A DNA stretch of 64,000 bases from an uncultured Acidimicrobiia bacterium (GTDB lineage Bacteria > Acidobacteriota > Vicinamibacteria > Vicinamibacterales > UBA2999). The translations under genes and the position numbers were made by a program. The stretch is from contig CAWCGQ010000004.1 in assembly GCA_963795125.1 (NCBI GenBank), positions 556,205 through 620,204 on the forward strand, read 5' to 3'. The stretch's first letter is position 1; each line of letters begins with the position of its first letter. The notes below the pieces were generated by a model. It ran no database searches. It had not been told where the DNA came from and was given only the letters and a program-made list of their open reading frames with translations. Below are positions 1 through 11,837 of this stretch, piece after piece.

Positions 1-2041
1 CAGGCCGCCGCCGATGCGCGCGGTGTAGATGTTCTGGTTGCGCGAGCCCGCGTTGCCGGCGTGGCAGACGGCGACCTGCTTCGACGGATCGAACAGGCTC
101 TGCCCGGTTCCCTCCCACGATGGTCGGTGGTGTGTAATTCGCCCAATTGCCGTCGAGCGGCGCGCGCACGTCGCGGTTGTCGGTCCAGGTGGCGTGGAAA
201 ACGGGAAAGGCCGCCGACGCCGACGGTGTTGTACACCCATCGCCCACCTGCTGCCGGCACGAACGCGGGCGCGGCGGTCAGGTCGATGTAGTCGCCGATG
301 AACGGAACCGTGCCCAGCTTGAACATCGGCAGGTTGGGCGGGTTGATCTGCAGCTGTTCGAGCGCCGTCAGCGCTGTTGCGATAGCCCATGAGGTAGTCG
401 GACACCTTGACCGACGGCGCGAACACCGGCGAGGGGCCGGCCGTGGCGAGCGACGCCCGGATGTCGATGGTCTGACGCTTGCCGTTGGTCGAGATCTGGT
501 CGGTGACGTATTTGCCGAACACCTGCGCGGCTGTCTCGCGCAGGTCGTAATAGACCAGCATCAGCTTGCCGCCCGCGAAGGCCAGGCTTGGCATCAACTG
601 ATGCCCGAATGCCTCGTTCGCCGCAATCACCGGCGCAGTGAACGACACCGCGTCGAGTGGTGGTGGCCACCAGGATGCGTGAGTCGCCGTCGATCGTGCT
701 CGGGCGCTGCTCGGCGTAGCCGCGCTCGGCCCACGCCACGTAGACCCGGCTGCTGCCGTCGATCGCCATCGCCGGATAGGCGTTGGTCCGGAAGCTGTAC
801 GGCGAGGTGCCCTGATCGGGATTCGAGATCGCCGCCACCACCGTGCGGTTGCGCCCGCTTCTTGCGGTGTTCGAAGATATTCTCGAGCGCCGCCGACGGC
901 GATCCGGTTCCCGCAAACCCCCGCGCCTCGGCCCGGGCTTCGAGAACGCGCCGCCGCCGACCGGCAAGCGGGCCAGCATGACGGCGTCGGCGGTGGGCTG
1001 AGCGGGACTCGCAAAACGGCGCCACGCGACGAAGACGTCGCCGTCATGGGGATCAATCGCGAGGACCGCGCCTTGATTGAGCGCGTCTGCGGTGCTGGTG
1101 ACGCGCATCGGCGCGCTCCAGGTCGCGCCGCAGTCAAGCGAGCGCTTGAGGAAGATTTCGGCGCGAAGGGTGTCGAGCCGTCGCCCGTGATCGACGTGTA
1201 CGCCACATACACCGCGCCACCAGGCACGCGGATCAGCCCGTCGTCGTGCACGTTGGTCGAGTTGCCCCGCCCGTTCTTCTTGTGCCCATTGCGCTTGACC
1301 TTTGCGCCACCGGGCGTGCCGCCGACGACGCACATGACGGGGTTGTTGCTGCGGGGGATATCCACGGCCATCCAGGGTTTGTCGAGAAACGCCGCGCCGG
1401 TGGAGGTCGCCACCATGCTGGTCCCCAGGTACGAAACGGTGTCGCCGTTCTCCTTGCCGTTGGTGTCGATGAAGCGCGTCAGGAAAATGCCGCTCTTGCC
1501 GCCCTCACCGCGATCGAAGACGAGACCGCTGTAGTAGAAGAGACCGTGCGTGCCGGCGCGCACCACCGGGTCGGCCCCGGCCTGATAGCCCTTGAGTGGC
1601 GACGCCAGTACCGGCGGCCGATTGGTCCTGCGGGTACCCGGGCAGGAGCGTGCTGGACCATCGCTGTCCGCCGTCGAACGACTTGTAGACGCTGATCCAC
1701 GCGTCGCCGGTCTCCGCATCGTCGGGCAGGCCCGGAAGATCGACCGTTCGGTAGTCATTGCTGCCACCGAGCAGATGCAACGGGTTCCTCGTGGAAGCGG
1801 CCATCGTCGATTCGTTCTGCCGCTGCAGAAACGGGTCGCCATCAGGCCAGCCGGTGCCGGCCACCATGTTCACGTTTCTGCCCGGAATCTGTGCGAGCAG
1901 CGTAGCTCCCGCAGAAAGGGCGAGGCCGACGAACAGGCCGGAGGCGAGCCGAGTGAAGCTGCAAAGACGAGGGGTCGAGCCGGGCATTGGTGCTCCTGCG
2001 AGTGGGACTATCCTTGTTCTTGCTGGTGCCGTCCTCGACAT
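1..2041 (-). CDS. BNR/sialidase-like (exo-alpha-sialidase family) secreted protein; 3' end off-window; reading frame broken several times as assembled
   Basis: ORF 1505-2041 has a signal-like N-terminus, then SNDYRTVDLPG and SVYKSFDGGQRW. The protein continues in other minus frames (AAFLDKPWMAVD around 1350-1390; SLDCGATWSAP in ORF 368-1333). Confidence 0.55.
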
Positions 2042-2178
2042 GACTTAGTGCGTCACCAAGGACAACGGGCACATAGCCTACCAGCATTCAGTCGGTTTCG
2101 ACTAGCCTCCGACGCGCCCTCCCAAACCGAGACGCGTCGACAGCCATCACCACCGAGGGAAGCTCGAGTAACAAGCGC

Positions 2179-3156
2179 GTGGGACAGCCAAACAGCCTCA
2201 CCTCCAAGGATCGGCTAAAGTCAGGCCTGGACAGGCTTTACGTGGAATTCAACGCCGATCGCGCGGTCGCCGATCCTGTGTGGATGGCGCGGCGCTTCGA
2301 CCGCGACGACGATCGCGAAGTCGCCGCGTTTATCGCCGCCGCGCTCGCGTTCGGACGCGTCCAGAGCGTGCTCAACTCGGTGGACGGAATGCTGCAGGTG
2401 ATGGGCGCGTCACCCGCGGCGTTCGTGCGCGATTTCCAGCCGGCGCGCGATCGGCACTGTTTCAAGCACCTCGTGCATCGCTGGACGAGCGGCGCCGACT
2501 TCGCCGCGCTCGTCTGGATACTGCACCAGATGATCGAGCACCGCGGATCGATTGAAGGCTTCTTCACAGAAGGCCTCACGCCTGACGCGATCGATGTCGG
2601 CGAGGCGCTTCAATCTTTCTCCACCCGCGCGCTCGCCCTCGACGTGAAGGCGATCTACGGCTCCAAACGTCCGAAGCCCGGCGTCGCGTACTTCTTCTCG
2701 CGACCCTCGTCCGGCGGCGCCTGCAAGCGCCTCAACCTGTTCCTGCGCTGGATGGTCCGCGAAGATCAGGTCGATCTTGGCGTGTGGAAGAACGTCCGGC
2801 CGGGACAACTGATCGTCCCGCTCGATACCCACGTGATTCGTGTCGGGCGCTGCCTGCGCCTCACGAAGCTGAAGAGCCCCGGCTGGCGAATGGCGGCCGA
2901 CATTACCGCGTCCCTGCGGCAGATCGATCCCGCCGATCCGGTCAGGTTCGACTTCTCGATTTGCCACCTCGGCATGATGAACGCGTGCGGGTTCGGGAAG
3001 AAAATCGGTGACGCGAATTGCCCGCTCAAAGGTGCCTGTTACCCGGGAGCGGGCGTCGGCGCCGAAGCTAGTCCTGGCGCAGCGCCACGACAGGATCGAC
3101 TGAGGCAGCGCGGCGCGCCGGCACGAACGCCGCCATCAGGGCGACGAGAACCATAG
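2179..3156 (+). CDS. TIGR02757/DUF2400 family protein
   Basis: Single 325-aa ORF with family-typical blocks (FIAAALAFGRV, LVHRW, FFSRPSSGGACKRLNLFLRWMVR, VPLDTHV, FDFSICHLG). The last ~40 aa overlap the convergent permease gene, so the true stop may be earlier (possible late frameshift). Confidence 0.65.
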   Translation: MGQPNSLTSKDRLKSGLDRLYVEFNADRAVADPVWMARRFDRDDDREVAAFIAAALAFGRVQSVLNSVDGMLQVMGASPAAFVRDFQPARDRHCFKHLVHRWTSGADFAALVWILHQMIEHRGSIEGFFTEGLTPDAIDVGEALQSFSTRALALDVKAIYGSKRPKPGVAYFFSRPSSGGACKRLNLFLRWMVREDQVDLGVWKNVRPGQLIVPLDTHVIRVGRCLRLTKLKSPGWRMAADITASLRQIDPADPVRFDFSICHLGMMNACGFGKKIGDANCPLKGACYPGAGVGAEASPGAAPRQDRLRQRGAPARTPPSGRREP

Positions 3157-5719
3157 CCGCCGCGGCGACGCCAATCGGCAGCACGCCGTCGACCTGAACA
3201 TTCGCGAGCCAAGCCGCCCGCCATGCGCCCGCCGGCGACCGCGATCGGGATGCCGACGAGCAGCCCGGCGACGACGATGCCGGCCGCGTTCTTCACGACC
3301 ATCGCGATCACTTGTCCGGGCGTCGCGCCGAGCGCCATGCGGACGCCGATCTCGTTGGTGCGTCGCGACACCGTATAGGCGAGCAACCCGTAGAGACCGA
3401 GCCCGGCGAGGGCGGCGCCGAGAATGCCGAACATGGTCGAGAGCATCGCGACCATGCGTTCCGGGATCACCGCCGCGTCAACCTGATCGTCGAGCGTCGT
3501 CATCGACGCCACCGCTCCTGCGGTGAAGACCTCGTCGGCCAGTCGCCGGACGTCGCCGGCCACCGCCGTCGGAGCGATCGCGGTGCGGATCGAAAAGCGA
3601 TGGGCGAACATCCGCGATTCCTGGAGCGCGTTCAGATAGACGGTGCGTGGCGCCTGGTCGTGCAGCGTCAGGTACTTCGCATCGGCGACCACGCCGACGA
3701 TCTCAAAGGGGCCGCTTTGCCCTTCAAGCGTGAAGCGGTGCCCGATCGCCGAGCCGTCGCCGAAATAGTAGGTGGCCGCCGCCTGGTTGATGATCGCGAC
3801 GCGTCGCCGTCCCTCGTCTTCGAACGAAAAATCACGTCCCGCGATCAGCGCGGTGCCGAAGGTGTCGAAATATTTCGGCGCGACCCAGTTCAGCAGCGTG
3901 CGGAAGCGATCGGCGGCTCCTGAACGCCGACCATGTCGACGAAGCGGGAGGCGCCGGCGCCGTGAATTGGCGTGACCGCACTCACCGTGGCCGAACGGAC
4001 ATTGGGGATGGCGGCGATCCTGGCCAGCAGGTCCTGATACGGCCGCGACAACTGCTCGGGCGTGTAGCCCGTACGTGACGCATCGATCGTCATCAGCAGG
4101 ACCGAGCTCCGATCGAAGCCCAGGCCGACGTTGCGAAGATTGGACAGGTGATTGACGAACAGCGCCGCCGCGGTCAACAGCACCATCGAGATCGACACCT
4201 GCGCGACGATCAGGCCATGGCCGAACAGCCGCTTCGATCGTGTCTCCCCCGCGGTGCCGGTCTCGCGCAGCGATACGCCCGGCGCGCTACTGAACGCGTG
4301 CCACGCCGGCGCGAGCCCGAACATCACGCCGGTCAACCACCGCAACCACCGCCGTGAACAGCAGCGCGTCGGTGTCGAGTCGCGCATCCAATTGGACCGG
4401 TCCGACGAGACCAACCATGCCGCGGCCGGAGGTGAGAATGCCAACCAGCGCCTTCACGCCCAGGTAGGCGATGCCGATGCCGAGCAGTCCTCCCGCCGCC
4501 GCCAGCAGCAGCGATTCGCTGAGCATCTGCCGGACCAGCCGCCATCGCGACGCGCCAACGGATACCCGGACCGCCATCTCGCGGCGCCTCGCCGACGAGC
4601 GCGCAAGCAGGACGCCGGCGACATTCGTGCACGCCACCAGCAGCAACAGGGCGACGATCGCCAGGAGGGTCCACAGCGGCTTGCCGTAGCGGTCGCGCAT
4701 CAGCGCGAACCCGGCGCGGGCGGGCTCGAGATCGATGGTCAGCTTCTGGAGATTCGGTGACCGCCTGGAGAGCAGCTCGACGCGGAAGCGATCGAGGACC
4801 CGCATTTCGGCGCGCGCCTGGTCGAGGGTGACGGCTGGTTTCAGCCGCGCCATCAGGCCGAGGGGCGGCGCACCCTCACCGCGCCGTTCGGCCGCGAGCG
4901 GGAGCCACAGTTCGGGACGAAAGCCGACCAGGAGACCTCGATACGACTTCGGTGTCACACCGACAATCGTCGCCGGCACGCCGTTGACGACCAGTGGCTG
5001 CCCGAGAACCGACGGGCTGAGGTTGAAGCGCTCCTGCCACATCCGCCAGCTGACGACCACCACCGCGGCGGCGCCGGGTTGATGGTCTTCAGGGCCGATC
5101 AGCCTGCCGATCGCCGCGTCGACGCCGAGCGCCGGGAAGAAATTCTCGGTGACGTACTCGCCGCTCACATCCTTCACGTCGCCCACCTCGAAGCGCGCGG
5201 GAGACATCGCGAACAGCATCGGTGAAGACGTGGTTGTTATCGCGATAGTGCTCGAAGACGCGTCCAGTTGTAGCCGTTGGTGCGCGGCTCGCCCGGGAAC
5301 TGGCTCAGCACTTCCACCAGGCGATCGGGTTCGTGCACCGGCAGCGGTCGCAACACCAGCATGTTCACGAGGCTGAAGATCGCGGTGTTGGCGCCAATGC
5401 CGAGGCCGAGCGACACCACCGCGACGATCGAGAACACCGGACTCCGCCGCATCATGCGCATGGCGATACGGCCGTCGCCCACCATGTCCTCGAGCCACGG
5501 CAAGCCGCGTTGGTCGCGCACCGCGTCCATGGCTTGCGCGATGCCGCCCGCTTCGATGCGCGCCCGGCGCATCGCCTCCTCGGGGGAGTGGCCCTGGCGC
5601 CGCGCCTCCTCGGCGAGCAGGTCGAGATGCAGGCGGAGTTCCTCTTCGAGGTCGGCGTCGGGTCGCCTGCCGCTGATCGTGCCCCACAGCCGCCGGATCC
5701 ATTCGTGGAGGATCGCCAT
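3068..5719 (-). CDS. ADOP-family duplicated FtsX/MacB-type ABC permease; multiple frame changes as assembled
   Basis: N-terminus MAILHEWIRRLWGTISGRRPDADLEEEL...RRSPVFSIVAVVSLGLGIGANTAIF (ORF 5237-5719). Middle FtsX block is in ORF 4287-5780 and ORF 3890-4444. C-terminal FtsX block YGLLAYTVSRRTNEIGVRMALGA is in ORF 3039-3692. Terminal ...ASVDPVVALRQD* is read in another frame, with the stop at 3068. Confidence 0.8.
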
Positions 5720-5728
5720 GTCTGCTTC

Positions 5729-6076
5729 CTAGGTCTGGTCGTCGAGGACCGTTCGCATGATCGAGGTCATCCGATCCCACTCGGCCTTCTCGGTTTCGAG
5801 CCGGCGCTTGCCGGCCGCGGTCAGCGCATAGAAGCGCGCCTTGCGGTTGCTGTCGGTCTGGCCCCAGTCACCGCGCAGCAGGCCGCGCTGTTCGAGGCGC
5901 ATCAGCGCGGGGTAGAGCGTGCCCATGTTGAGCTGCAGGGCGCCCTTCGACACCTGCTCCAGGCGGGCGGCGATGGCATAGCCGTGCTGCGGCCCGAGCG
6001 ACGCGAGCGTCTGCAGCACCATCAGGTCGAGCGTGCCCTGCAGGACCCCGGCTTTGTCCGCGTCTTTATTAGACAT
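5729..6076 (-). CDS. PadR family transcriptional regulator
   Basis: LQGTLDLMVLQTLASLGPQHGYAIAARLEQVSKGALQLNMGTLYPALMRLEQRGLL is a typical PadR winged helix. The gene lies 9 nt upstream of the permease. The ATG at 6076 is preferred over the ORF-track start at 6097. Confidence 0.85.
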   Translation of the reverse strand: MSNKDADKAGVLQGTLDLMVLQTLASLGPQHGYAIAARLEQVSKGALQLNMGTLYPALMRLEQRGLLRGDWGQTDSNRKARFYALTAAGKRRLETEKAEWDRMTSIMRTVLDDQT

Positions 6077-6144
6077 CCGAATGGAGAATGCCACCACTCC
6101 ATTAGATTGTCAAATGCAGCAGTCGGCGCGGGCCCGGCCCCCTG

Positions 6145-7356
6145 CTACGGCGTCGGCACGCGCGTCTCGCGCGGGTGGAACGCGACCACCAGCAGCAGCG
6201 CCGCGGCCAGCGCGAGGACGGCCGGCGCGAGGAACAGTCGCGAGAAATCGACCGCGCCATCCGGCGGTGCGGAACACATCGCCCAGCCATCCCCACAGCA
6301 GGCTGCCGGCGAACGGACCGACGCCGAGGATCACCAGGTTGAACAGTCCCTGCGCGCTGGCGCGCGCGTCGCGCGGGCAGCGCTCGTCGACGAAGATGTA
6401 GACCGCCGCGAAGAAGAACGCGTAGCACATGCCGTGGACGAGGTTGATCGCGACCATCAGCCACAGCGGATCGCCGATCGCGAACACGAAGAAGCGCGCG
6501 GCATGCGCGAGGATGCCGATGGTCATGGTCCAGCGCCAGCCCAGTTCGCGCCAGCGCCCAGCCGAGCAGCGGCCATCGACGCGATCTCGGCGACCTGGCC
6601 GACGCTCATCGCCGCCATGATCAGGTTCTCCGCGAGGCCGGCCTGCTGCAGGAACGGGCTGGTCCACTGGAAGTAGCCCTGGTGCACGAGCGCATCCATC
6701 GTCGTGGCGATGAACAGCACCAGCATCACCGGATCGCGCAGCAGCGCGATCGCCTTCATCGGCGCGCTGGCGCCGGGCTCGCGCGGCGCCGGCGGCGTGT
6801 GCGGCAGCGTCAGCGAGAAGGCGGCCAGCGCGATCGAGGCGATGCCGGCGACGGTGAAGATGCTCGACAGCGCGGCGTGCAGGTCGGGACCGGTCTTGCC
6901 GGCGAGGATGAACACGAACGGCCAGCTCGCGGCGATCCAGCCGATGGTGCCCCACAGCCGGATCTTGCCGAACTCGGTCTGCGCGTTCGAGATGTGATGA
7001 AAGCAGATCGCGTTGGTCAGCGACATCGTCGGCATGTAGGCCAGCTGATAGATCAGCATGACCATCAGGAACGACCAGAAGGTGGTCTGGAAGGCGAGGG
7101 CGAACATCGCGGCGCCGCCGACCAGGTGCAGCACGGCGAGCAGCTTCTCGGTCGACAGCACGCGGTCGGCGATCTGCCCGCCGAAGTAGAGGCCGAACAC
7201 GCAGGCGATCGCCTGGGTCGCGAACACCCAGCCGATCTGCGCGCCGGTGAAGCCGAGGACGTCGCCAAGATAGAGGGCGAGCAGCGGCAGCCACGATCCC
7301 CAGATCAGATATTCCAGGAACATCATCACGGACAGGCGCGTCGAGGCGGCTGTCAT
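6145..7356 (-). CDS. MFS transporter, nucleoside:H+ symporter-like family; at least 2 frame changes
   Basis: ORF 6523-7356 reads MMFLEYLIWGSWLPLLALYLG...KIRLWGTIGWIAASWPF. The C-terminal half is in the ORF 6110-7294 frame (LWLMVAINLVHGMCYAFFFAAVYIFVDE). The last ~45 aa (DGAVDFSRLFLAPAVLALAAALLLVVAFHP...) are in a third frame and end at 6145. Confidence 0.7.
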
Positions 7357-7383
7357 GATGGAGGTGAACTATAGTTCACATCC

Positions 7384-8613
7384 ATGGCAGGCAGGTTGGG
7401 TGTCGGCTTTATCGGCAGCGGATTCATCACGCGCTTTCACATCCGCTCGTGGGAGGCGGTCCGCGACGCGGACGTCCGCGGCATTTACAGTCCGACGCGG
7501 GCCAACGCCGAAGACGCGGCGGCCCTGGCGCGCTCGCTGCACGTCGGCGACGCGCGGGCCTTCGACTCGATCGAGGCGATGGTCGCGGACGAGTCGATCG
7601 ACTGCGTCTGGTTGTGCGGGCCGAACTTCGCGCGCGTCCAGAACATGGAGCGCATCGTCGCCGCGATCAAGAAGGGCGCGACGCTCAAGGCGATCGCCTG
7701 CGAGAAGCCGCTCGGCCGCAACGCCGCCGAAGCGGCGCGCATGGTCGAACTGGTCGAAGCAGGCCGGCCTGCTGCACGGCTATCTCGAAAACCAGTTGTT
7801 CATGCCGAGCCTCGAGCGCGGCAAGCAGATCGTGTGGGCGAGAGGCGCCGCGTTCGCCGGCCGCCCGTATCTCGCGCGCGCGGCCGAAGAGCACGGCGGC
7901 CCGCACATGCCGTGGTTCTGGCAGGGCGACCTGCAGGGCGGCGGCGTGCTGAACGACATGATGTGCCACAGCCTCGAGGTGGGCCGCTACCTGCTGACCA
8001 AGCCCGGCGCGCCGCGCGACAGCATTCGCCCGCTGAAGGTGTCGGCGCAGATCGCCTCGCTGAAGTGGTCGCGTCCCGAGTACACCGCGCTGCTGCGCGG
8101 CACCATGACCGACAAGGTCGATTACGGCAAGCATCCCGCCGAAGACTGGGCGCGCGCGACCGTGACCTACGTCGACGAGGCCGGCACGCCGCTGATCGTC
8201 GAGGCGACGACGTCGTGGAGTTTCGTGGGCGCGGGCTTGCGTTTGTCGATGGAGCTGCTCGGTCCCGAATACTCGATGTCGATCAGCACGCTCGACGGCG
8301 GCACCAAGGTGTTCTTCTCGCGCCGCTTGCAGGACAGCAGCAGAGCGGCGAGGACCTGCTCGAGAAGCAGAACGCCGAGCAGGGCCTGATGCCGATCGTC
8401 GGCAACGAAGCGAGCGAGTACGGCTACGAGAACGAGAACCGCGCGTTCGCGCGGGCGTTTCTTGACGGCATCCAACCGGAGCTCGACTTTCACGCCGGCC
8501 GCGAGGTCACCGAGCTGCTGATGGCGTGTTACATGAGCGCAGAGGAAGAGCGGGTGATCGAATGGAAACCGGCAAACCTGCAGTCGTACGTGCCGCCGCC
8601 GGCCAGGCGTTAA
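7384..8613 (+). CDS. Gfo/Idh/MocA family oxidoreductase; 2 frame changes (near 7760 and 8340)
   Basis: Rossmann start [14 protein letters not shown], then ACEKPLGRN. The middle part is in the frame of ORF 7355-8389 ([13 protein letters not shown]...[15 protein letters not shown]). The C-terminus returns to the first frame ([16 protein letters not shown]). Confidence 0.8.
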   Translation: MAGRLGVGFIGSGFITRFHIRSWEAVRDADVRGIYSPTRANAEDAAALARSLHVGDARAFDSIEAMVADESIDCVWLCGPNFARVQNMERIVAAIKKGATLKAIACEKPLGRNAAEAARMVELVEAGRPAARLSRKPVVHAEPRARQADRVGERRRVRRPPVSRARGRRARRPAHAVVLAGRPAGRRRAERHDVPQPRGGPLPADQARRAARQHSPAEGVGADRLAEVVASRVHRAAARHHDRQGRLRQASRRRLGARDRDLRRRGRHAADRRGDDVVEFRGRGLAFVDGAARSRILDVDQHARRRHQGVLLAPLAGQQQSGEDLLEKQNAEQGLMPIVGNEASEYGYENENRAFARAFLDGIQPELDFHAGREVTELLMACYMSAEEERVIEWKPANLQSYVPPPARR

Positions 8614-9460
8614 GCCGCCGCGAGTTCGGCGTCGTGGCCGCGGCCGGCTTCGCGCGGCCTGTCGCGCCCTGGTCGTCCGACGTCGTGCAACCGTCGAACG
8701 TGACGATTGGCGTCCAGAGCTACAGCTTTCGCGATCGACCGCTCGCCGATGCGATCGCCGGCATGCAGAAGCTGGGGCTGCGCAGCTGCGAGCTGTGGCA
8801 GGCCCACGTCGAGCCGCGCGGCATCCCGCGAGGAGGAACTGCGTCGCTGGCGCGAGACGGTCCCGCTCGACACGTTCCATCGGGTCCGCGATCAGTTCGC
8901 GAAGGCGTCGATCGCGCTGTCGGCCTACAACATCAGCATCCAGGACAGTTTCTCCGACGCGGAGATCGAGCGCGCGTTCGACATGACCGCGGCGCTCGGC
9001 GCGCCGCTGATCACCTCGTCGTCGAACATCAAGACCGTCGCGCGCATTGCGCCGGTGGCCGAGCGGCGCAAGATGCTGGTCGGCATGCACAACCACTCGC
9101 GGGTCGATGCCAACGAGTTCGCGACGGCGCAGAGCCTGGCGGAGGCGATGCAGCAGAACCGCTACATCGCGACCAATCTCGACATCGGCCACTTCACCGC
9201 CACCAACGAGGACGCGGTGGCGTTCCTGAAGACAGCATCACGATCGCATCGTCACGCTGCACCTCAAGGATCGCAAGCGCGACCAGGGCCCGAATCTCGA
9301 GTTCGGCGCCGGCGATTCGCCGATTGCCGAGGTCCTGAAGCTGGTCAGCGCCAACCGCTGGCCGATTCCGATGAACATCGAATACGAGTACAAGGGCGGC
9401 GACTCGGTGGATGAGGTCGGAAATGCCTGGCGTACTGCCGCCGCGTGCTTGAATCTATAA
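8562..9460 (+). CDS. Sugar phosphate isomerase/epimerase (xylose-isomerase-like TIM barrel) with TAT-type signal; at least 2 frame changes
   Basis: [13 protein letters not shown] twin-arginine leader, then GVQSYSFRD (ORF 8526-9338), [15 protein letters not shown]...VGMHNHS...NLDIGHF (ORF 8707-9414), then VTLHLKDRK...IEYEY in a third frame, with the stop at 9458-9460. Start is uncertain (8562 ATG or a nearby GTG). Confidence 0.7.
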
Positions 9461-9468
9461 TCCTGACC

Positions 9469-10194
9469 ATGACCCTTCGACTCGCTACGCTCGCTCAGGG
9501 CACGAGACTGGTGGCACTTGCCGCGGTTCTACTGCTCGGAACCACGCTGACTGCTCAAGCACCCGATGCTGACCGCCGCCGAGAAGGCCGAAGGCTGGAA
9601 GCTGATGTTCGACGGCAAGTCGCTCGCCGGCTGGCGCGGCTACAAGACCGAGACGCCGCCGACCGGCTGGCGCGCCGAGAACGGCGTGCTGATTCGCGAC
9701 GGCGAAGGCGGCGACTTGATGACCGCCGAACAGTACGGCGACTTCGAGATGCGCTTCGACTGGAAGATCACCGACAAGGGCAACAGCGGCATCATCTATC
9801 GCATCGCCACCACCGAGCCCGCAACCGTGGCACACCGGACCGGAGTATCAGATTCTCGCACAACGCGCGGCCATGCCGACGGCAAGAACCCGATTACGTC
9901 AGCGGGATCGAACTACGCGGTGAACGAGCCGATCAAGGACGTCACCAGGCCGGTCGGCGAATGGAACGAAGGCCGCCTGATCGCGCGAGGCAATCACGTC
10001 GAGCACTGGCTGAACGGCGTCAAGGTGGTCGACTACGAGATCGGCAGCGCCGACTGGAACGCGCGCGTCAAGGCGAGCAAGTTCGGCAAGATTCCACCCT
10101 ACGGCACCGTGAAGCGCGGCTACATCGCGCTCCAGGATCACGGCAACGTCGTGTCAGCTACCGCAATCTGAAAATCAAGCCGCTGAATCCGTAG
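9469..10194 (+). CDS. DUF1080 (3-keto-disaccharide hydrolase-like) secreted protein; several frame changes
   Basis: Signal peptide MTLRLATLAQGTRLVALAAVLLLGTTLTAQA, then GWKLMFDGKSLAGWRGY...NSGIIYRI...PEYQIL..NARGHADGKNP...HWLNGVKVVDYE...YIALQDHGN. These are spread over three frames (ORFs 9445-10194 and 9566-10171). Confidence 0.75.
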   Translation: MTLRLATLAQGTRLVALAAVLLLGTTLTAQAPDADRRREGRRLEADVRRQVARRLARLQDRDAADRLARRERRADSRRRRRRLDDRRTVRRLRDALRLEDHRQGQQRHHLSHRHHRARNRGTPDRSIRFSHNARPCRRQEPDYVSGIELRGERADQGRHQAGRRMERRPPDRARQSRRALAERRQGGRLRDRQRRLERARQGEQVRQDSTLRHREARLHRAPGSRQRRVSYRNLKIKPLNP

Positions 10195-10196
10195 CA

Positions 10197-10248
10197 CGGC
10201 CGACAGCCCGACGGCCCGACAGCCTGACAGGCCTACGCCTACGGCCTG
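10197..10248. repeat. Short-word array in a convergent spacer (CCGACAGCC / CCTACGCC words)
   Basis: acggCCGACAGCCCGACGGCCCGACAGCCTGACAGGCCTACGCCTACGGCCTG fills the whole gap between the stops at 10194 and 10249. Confidence 0.6.
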
Positions 10249-11779
10249 CTACAGACTCCACCCGCGGCGATACTCGCGCTTGAGCAGCTCGTTGGCCTCG
10301 CGCGAGTTGGTTACCTTCATGTTGGCGGCGTCGTAGTGAATCTTCGCTCCGGCGCGTAGCGCCACCACACCGAGCAGCATCACTTCGGTCAGCTTCGCCG
10401 CGTACTCGAACGGCGACGAGGCCTGCGCCGTCGCCCTTGCAGGCGTTCGACCAGTTCACTTCGTGGCTGGTGGTGATGCGCGGCAGCGTCGTGCTGCGGA
10501 TCGCCGACCGACTTGTGCAGCGAGTCGGGCAGCAGGCGAGCGCCCAGGCCGTAGGTGTTGTGGATCACCTTGCCCTTGGTGCCGACCATGATGGCGCCGC
10601 CCTCGGCGTTGAGCTTTTCGCCCTCGGCGAATTCCGGCGGGGTCGGCGGAAACATGCCGCCGTCGTACCACGTCAGCTTGACCGGCGGCTTGGCGCCGCG
10701 CGCCGGGAACTCGTAGAAGGTCTTGGTCGCGATCGGGAAGCACCCCTTGTCGACGAACGGCGTCGAGACGGTTTCGATCGACGTCGGATAGCCGAGATCG
10801 AGCGCCCAGTACGAATGATCGATCAGGTGCGCGCCCATGTCGCCGAGCGCGCCGCAGCCCCAGTCGGTCCAGCCGCGCCAGTTGAACGGGTGATAGACCG
10901 GGTGGTAATCGCACCGCCGGCGCCGGCCCGAGGAACAGATCCCACGACAGCTCGTCGGGCACCGAGTAGATGCCCATCGCGTTGGCGAGCCGCGCCATCA
11001 CGCCGTTCATGTTCCAGCGCATGTTCTCGGAGATCGCGCCGCGGCTCCGGACGCGGAATGCCCTGCGGCCAGTACGAGAGCGGACGATTGGTCCAGACGT
11101 GGACTTCGGTGACGTCGCCGATCGCGCCGGACTGCACCCACTCCACCGCCTTGCGCCCGTCGTCCCACGAGTGGCCCTGGTTGCCCATCTGCGTGACGGC
11201 CTTCGGCGTCTGCCGCGCCTTGCGCGCCAGCTGCGCGCGCTTCATCGACCGACCAGCACAGCGGCTTCTGCACGTAGACGTGCTTGTCGAGATCGAGCGC
11301 GGCCATCGCGATCGCCGCGTGCATGTGATCGGGCGTGGCGACGACGATCGCGTCGATGTCCTTCTGCTGCTCGAGCATCAGGCGATAGTCGGTGTAGCGC
11401 TTCTGCTTCGGCAGGTCCTCGGTCGAGGATGCGCTTGAGCGAGCCGACGCGATGCTCGCTGTTCTTGCGCGCCTCGGCGGTCAGCTCCGTCTTGAGCAGG
11501 CGCTCTTCCTCGCGCTTGAGCGCGCCTTCGAACGTCGCGGCGGTCCACTGCGGCCCGGCGTAGCCCCAGTCGACGTCGCACAAGCGCGACGATGTTGTTG
11601 TCGAGGCCGAGGTTGAGCAGGTTGGTCCGGCCCATGCCGCCGACGCCGATGCCGGCGATGTTGAGGCGATCGCTCGGCGCACGTGAGCCGCGCCCGAGCA
11701 CGTGGCGCGGAACGATCGTGACTGCGGCCGTGGTGGCCGCGACGTTGGTGACGAAATCGCGTCTCGAAATTGTTGACAT
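10249..11779 (-). CDS. Gfo/Idh/MocA family oxidoreductase with TAT signal; many frame changes
   Basis: [24 protein letters not shown]...[12 protein letters not shown] (ORF 11378-11863), [15 protein letters not shown]...VYVQKPL (ORF 11007-11378), NQGHSWDDG...VHVWTNRP (ORF 10823-11245), [15 protein letters not shown] (ORF 10389-10838). The C-terminus ...[10 protein letters not shown] ends at 10249. Confidence 0.75.
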
Positions 11780-11837
11780 GGTGGCCTTTCGCCGGTGGCC
11801 GGATGCTACTACAATCCTGCTCGTACCCGACCCCCAC

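Noticed and set aside
3068-3156. The convergent overlap of the TIGR02757 ORF with the permease 3' end as a real antisense overlap.
   Set aside because: This is more likely a late frameshift removing the native stop in this indel-rich half. A TAG at 3069-3071 is available in another frame. It cannot be settled from this sequence.
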